DNA from: Bacillota bacterium
Lineage (GTDB): Bacteria; Bacillota; Sulfobacillia; Sulfobacillales; JAIMBI01
Reading direction: 5' to 3'
NCBI GenBank assembly: GCA_021846565.1
Contig: JAJZWS010000011.1
Location: forward strand, 4,797-68,796
DNA length: 64,000 nt
Below, piece after piece: positions 61,841 through 64,000 of the stretch. A program made the position numbers and the translations under genes. Position 1 is the stretch's first letter. Each line of letters starts with the position of its first letter. The notes beneath the pieces were generated by a model. It was not told where the DNA came from, did no database searches, and was given only the letters and a program-made list of their open reading frames with translations.

Positions 61841-62785
61841 TTAGAAGCGCGCGCACGCCGGCCACCTGCCTTTTCCGCGTACTTTTTCGACATGGCGGTC
61901 GGCGTCCCGGCCGGACCCTGTGTAAAAGCGAGCGCTCACCACCAACAGGATCCACACGGGCCCCGTGTTGGGATCGGTGGCAATCCCGCCAAAGAGTCCA
62001 CCCAGATTTTCTCCCCACCACCACAACAGGCACAGGAACACCACCACCAGCCAAAGCGTCCAGGGTCGTCTGAGCGCCACGAGGATGCCGGCGACGGCGA
62101 CCATCAGCGCCACCAGGAATCCGTTGACCAGGGCCGGACGGGCCGTAGCCTCACCGACTAGCCACTGGATGGGTAGCGTGCGCCACGAGACCGGCGTGAC
62201 TACCAGGTTAGCCCGCATCGCCGTCGCCAGCGTCGTCCCGGTCCACCACGCGGGGAGCGCCTGCAACAACGCCCCCATCCCCCACGCGGCGCCCAGCACC
62301 TGGGCGAGGCGCCCCCGGAACCATGCCGGCCGCAGCAGGACCACGGCACCCAACGCATACAGCAGCGCCGATCCCGGCGCGCCGGTCCAAAAGGACATGC
62401 CCGCCCAGAGATTGCCCATCCATTCGGCCATCACCCACAGCACCAGCGCCCAACCGAGCGACAGCGAGAGCGCGACCCGTCCCACCCGACGACCACGGCC
62501 CACCGCCAGCAGCAGGGCGATGACCATCTGCATCACAAACTCGATGGTGACCAGGAGCGCCGCCAGGCGCGCGTGGTACAGCCAGTAGTACACGCTGTTG
62601 CTAAGAAAGTCGATGTACCAGCCAGGCTGACCAAATCCGCCCATCAGCACGATGTCGATTTGGTCAACCGCCATGTGGGGCGTCAGCGCCAAGAGCGCGT
62701 CGACGGCCCAAAGGCCCGCCAAGCCATACCACAGGACGGCGGGTCCGTCTGGTGCCTCGCCCACTGGCCTGCGTTGGCTGTCCAC
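61841..62785 (-). CDS. Polytopic integral membrane protein, function unknown
   Basis: 314 aa with 8 or more hydrophobic segments and high third-position GC. Confidence 0.6.
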   Translation of the reverse strand: MDSQRRPVGEAPDGPAVLWYGLAGLWAVDALLALTPHMAVDQIDIVLMGGFGQPGWYIDFLSNSVYYWLYHARLAALLVTIEFVMQMVIALLLAVGRGRRVGRVALSLSLGWALVLWVMAEWMGNLWAGMSFWTGAPGSALLYALGAVVLLRPAWFRGRLAQVLGAAWGMGALLQALPAWWTGTTLATAMRANLVVTPVSWRTLPIQWLVGEATARPALVNGFLVALMVAVAGILVALRRPWTLWLVVVFLCLLWWWGENLGGLFGGIATDPNTGPVWILLVVSARFYTGSGRDADRHVEKVRGKGRWPACARF

Positions 62786-62887
62786 AGGACCACTCTAAGC
62801 CGCCCGCCGCTGGTACGCTATCGGCCCTTCGGGCATGACTACGACAAAGAGGGTCCCAACTGACACCACTGGAAGGAGGACGACCTC

Positions 62888-63271
62888 ATGGCCGAGCAAT
62901 CACGGGAACGACCGTCGACGACGGACCAACGACCGGTCGCGGTGTACCCCGACGGATCTCCCACCCCCGATACCCCACACGCAGACGTGCTGGCGGTCAG
63001 GGTGGTGCGCATTCTCGCCGGGACTTTGATGGTGCTGCTAGGGTTCCGGTTCGTGCTGGCGCTTTTGGGCGCCAACCCGTACAACGGGTTCGTCCACACC
63101 ATCTATGCGGCCACGTGGCCATTTGCCGCGCCGTTTTACGGCATGTTTGGCTATCCGCCCACGTATCCGCCACGGTTCGAGCTGTACACGCTGTTTGCCA
63201 TGGCTGTGTACGCGCTGGTGGCGTGGGGCCTCATGGCGGTGCTGCGGATCCGACGCCCAGCCCCGCCGTAA
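62888..63271 (+). CDS. Small membrane protein, YggT-like
   Basis: 127 aa. LLGFRFVLALLGANPYNGFVHTIYAATWPFAAPFYGMF resembles the YggT repeat. Two TM segments. Confidence 0.5.
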   Translation: MAEQSRERPSTTDQRPVAVYPDGSPTPDTPHADVLAVRVVRILAGTLMVLLGFRFVLALLGANPYNGFVHTIYAATWPFAAPFYGMFGYPPTYPPRFELYTLFAMAVYALVAWGLMAVLRIRRPAPP

Positions 63272-63278
63272 CCGACGC

Positions 63279-63303
63279 GCGGCCTCTCCCCGGGAGAGGC
63301 CGC
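63279..63303 (+). terminator. Intrinsic terminator hairpin after the YggT-like gene
   Basis: GCGGCCTCTCCCCGGGAGAGGCCGC (stem of 10-11 bp) followed by TGTTTCTGT. Confidence 0.6.
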
Positions 63304-63808
63304 TGTTTCTGTAGGGTCCGTCCTCCGATGGGGCCTTAAGACCCGGGAGGGTCCGCAGCTGCTCCCGCGTCCGCGCCCAGCCGTACTGGGCACCCGCGAC
63401 CGCCTGCTTGGCCGCCGTGTCAAAGCCGTGCTGCTCGAGTCTCCGTCGGGTGACACCCGGTGAGGTTTCTTAGAGTGACAAAGGGCCCACCGGGGGGGGT
63501 CGAGGTCAGTACGGTCAGAGCGCCATACACGTTGACGACCCGTCTTGGAGAGGCTCGTGCCGAGATTCGCGCGCTCCCCCGCTGGAGGAGGCCCCATCCT
63601 TCGCTCAGGATACGTGGCGGCCCACCCCGGGCACCCGCCGCAAGACGCTTTCAGCGGCGGCGGTGATCTGCCGACGGTCGTGGAGCAATTTGTGGCCCGC
63701 TGGGGCCGGGCGGCGGACATCCGGGGATGGGACGCCTGTCAGGCCGCTCATCCGGCCCACTGGACCGAATCCAAGATCGTGGACAGCCGAACATGAAAAG
63801 CGCACGGC

Positions 63809-64000
63809 TTAGGCGGTCAGCGCGTCCGGCCGCCCAGGGTGCTGTGCAGGCGCTGCCGCTGGCAGGCGACCTCGAGGTGGTCGACGCCGGTCGCGCGGGC
63901 GTCGGCGGCTCAGATACACCAACGCCTTCGTCAGACGAGCCAGGCCTCCATATCCACGTGGTCCGGGCAGTTTCCCTGCCGACTCCTGCTCGGGGTGCTG
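63809..64000 (-). pseudogene. C-terminal remnant of an rve/IS3-type transposase, frameshifted; runs off the window
   Basis: Across frames: MEAWLV / LTKALVYL (compare iEsFwgtLKtElvy) and ATGVDHLEVACQRQRLHSTLGGRTR* (compare yi..YN..RlHSaLGyrtP). Confidence 0.4.

Noticed and set aside
1-64000. Search by eye for rRNA, tRNA, tmRNA, CRISPR arrays or prophage blocks
   Set aside because: I found no direct-repeat/spacer periodicity, no tRNA-like T-arm motifs (GGTTCGA-type) in intergenic regions, and no rRNA-like or phage structural gene content. A tRNAscan/Infernal run would be needed to be certain.

Overview
64-kb window from a visibly GC-rich chromosome (roughly two-thirds G+C by eye, not computed). 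It looks like an endospore-forming Firmicute: there is a gerA-type germinant receptor operon, strong GGAGG ribosome-binding sites and frequent GTG/TTG starts. I call about 60 intact genes. The main content is cytoplasmic sulfur oxidation. (1) At 39.4-52.3 kb, a 16-gene co-directional string encodes a heterodisulfide-reductase-like (sHdr) system of the type II architecture: DsrE2-like, sHdrC1, B1, A, H, a fused HdrC/HdrB 'B3' subunit, two lipoate-binding GcvH-like proteins, an LplA-like ligase, TusA, DsrE3-like, an embedded GAF protein, EtfB, EtfA and a membrane Fe-S oxidoreductase. (2) At 10.9-16.4 kb, a signal-peptide-less molybdopterin oxidoreductase with a 4Fe-4S subunit and a DmsC-type anchor is a SoeABC-like candidate sulfite dehydrogenase. 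It is translationally coupled to a short glycosyltransferase and faces a divergent LysR regulator. (3) One intact rhodanese gene sits at 29.2 kb. Other content: argF-argG-argH-argR with an ARG box; an IclR-associated amino-group catabolic island (two class-III aminotransferases, a P5C-dehydrogenase-like ALDH, CoA-transferase A/B, a DmpA peptidase, an orphan peptide-binding protein); APC and MFS transporters; a heterodimeric ABC exporter; two NTase-fold two-gene modules; an SPFH operon; and housekeeping genes (rlmH, MazG-like, PaiB, M20 amidohydrolase). The window is unusually rich in decayed genes. These are an ECF sigma factor with two in-frame amber codons, a SAM methyltransferase with a compensated double frameshift, a block of rhodanese/LysR/ThrC-like fragments (two of them paralogous to intact genes in the same window), a possible DUF433/DUF5615-like remnant, and transposase debris at the 3' end. 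I saw no rRNA, tRNA or CRISPR array. All calls rest on reading the translations and the sequence by eye; no searches were run.
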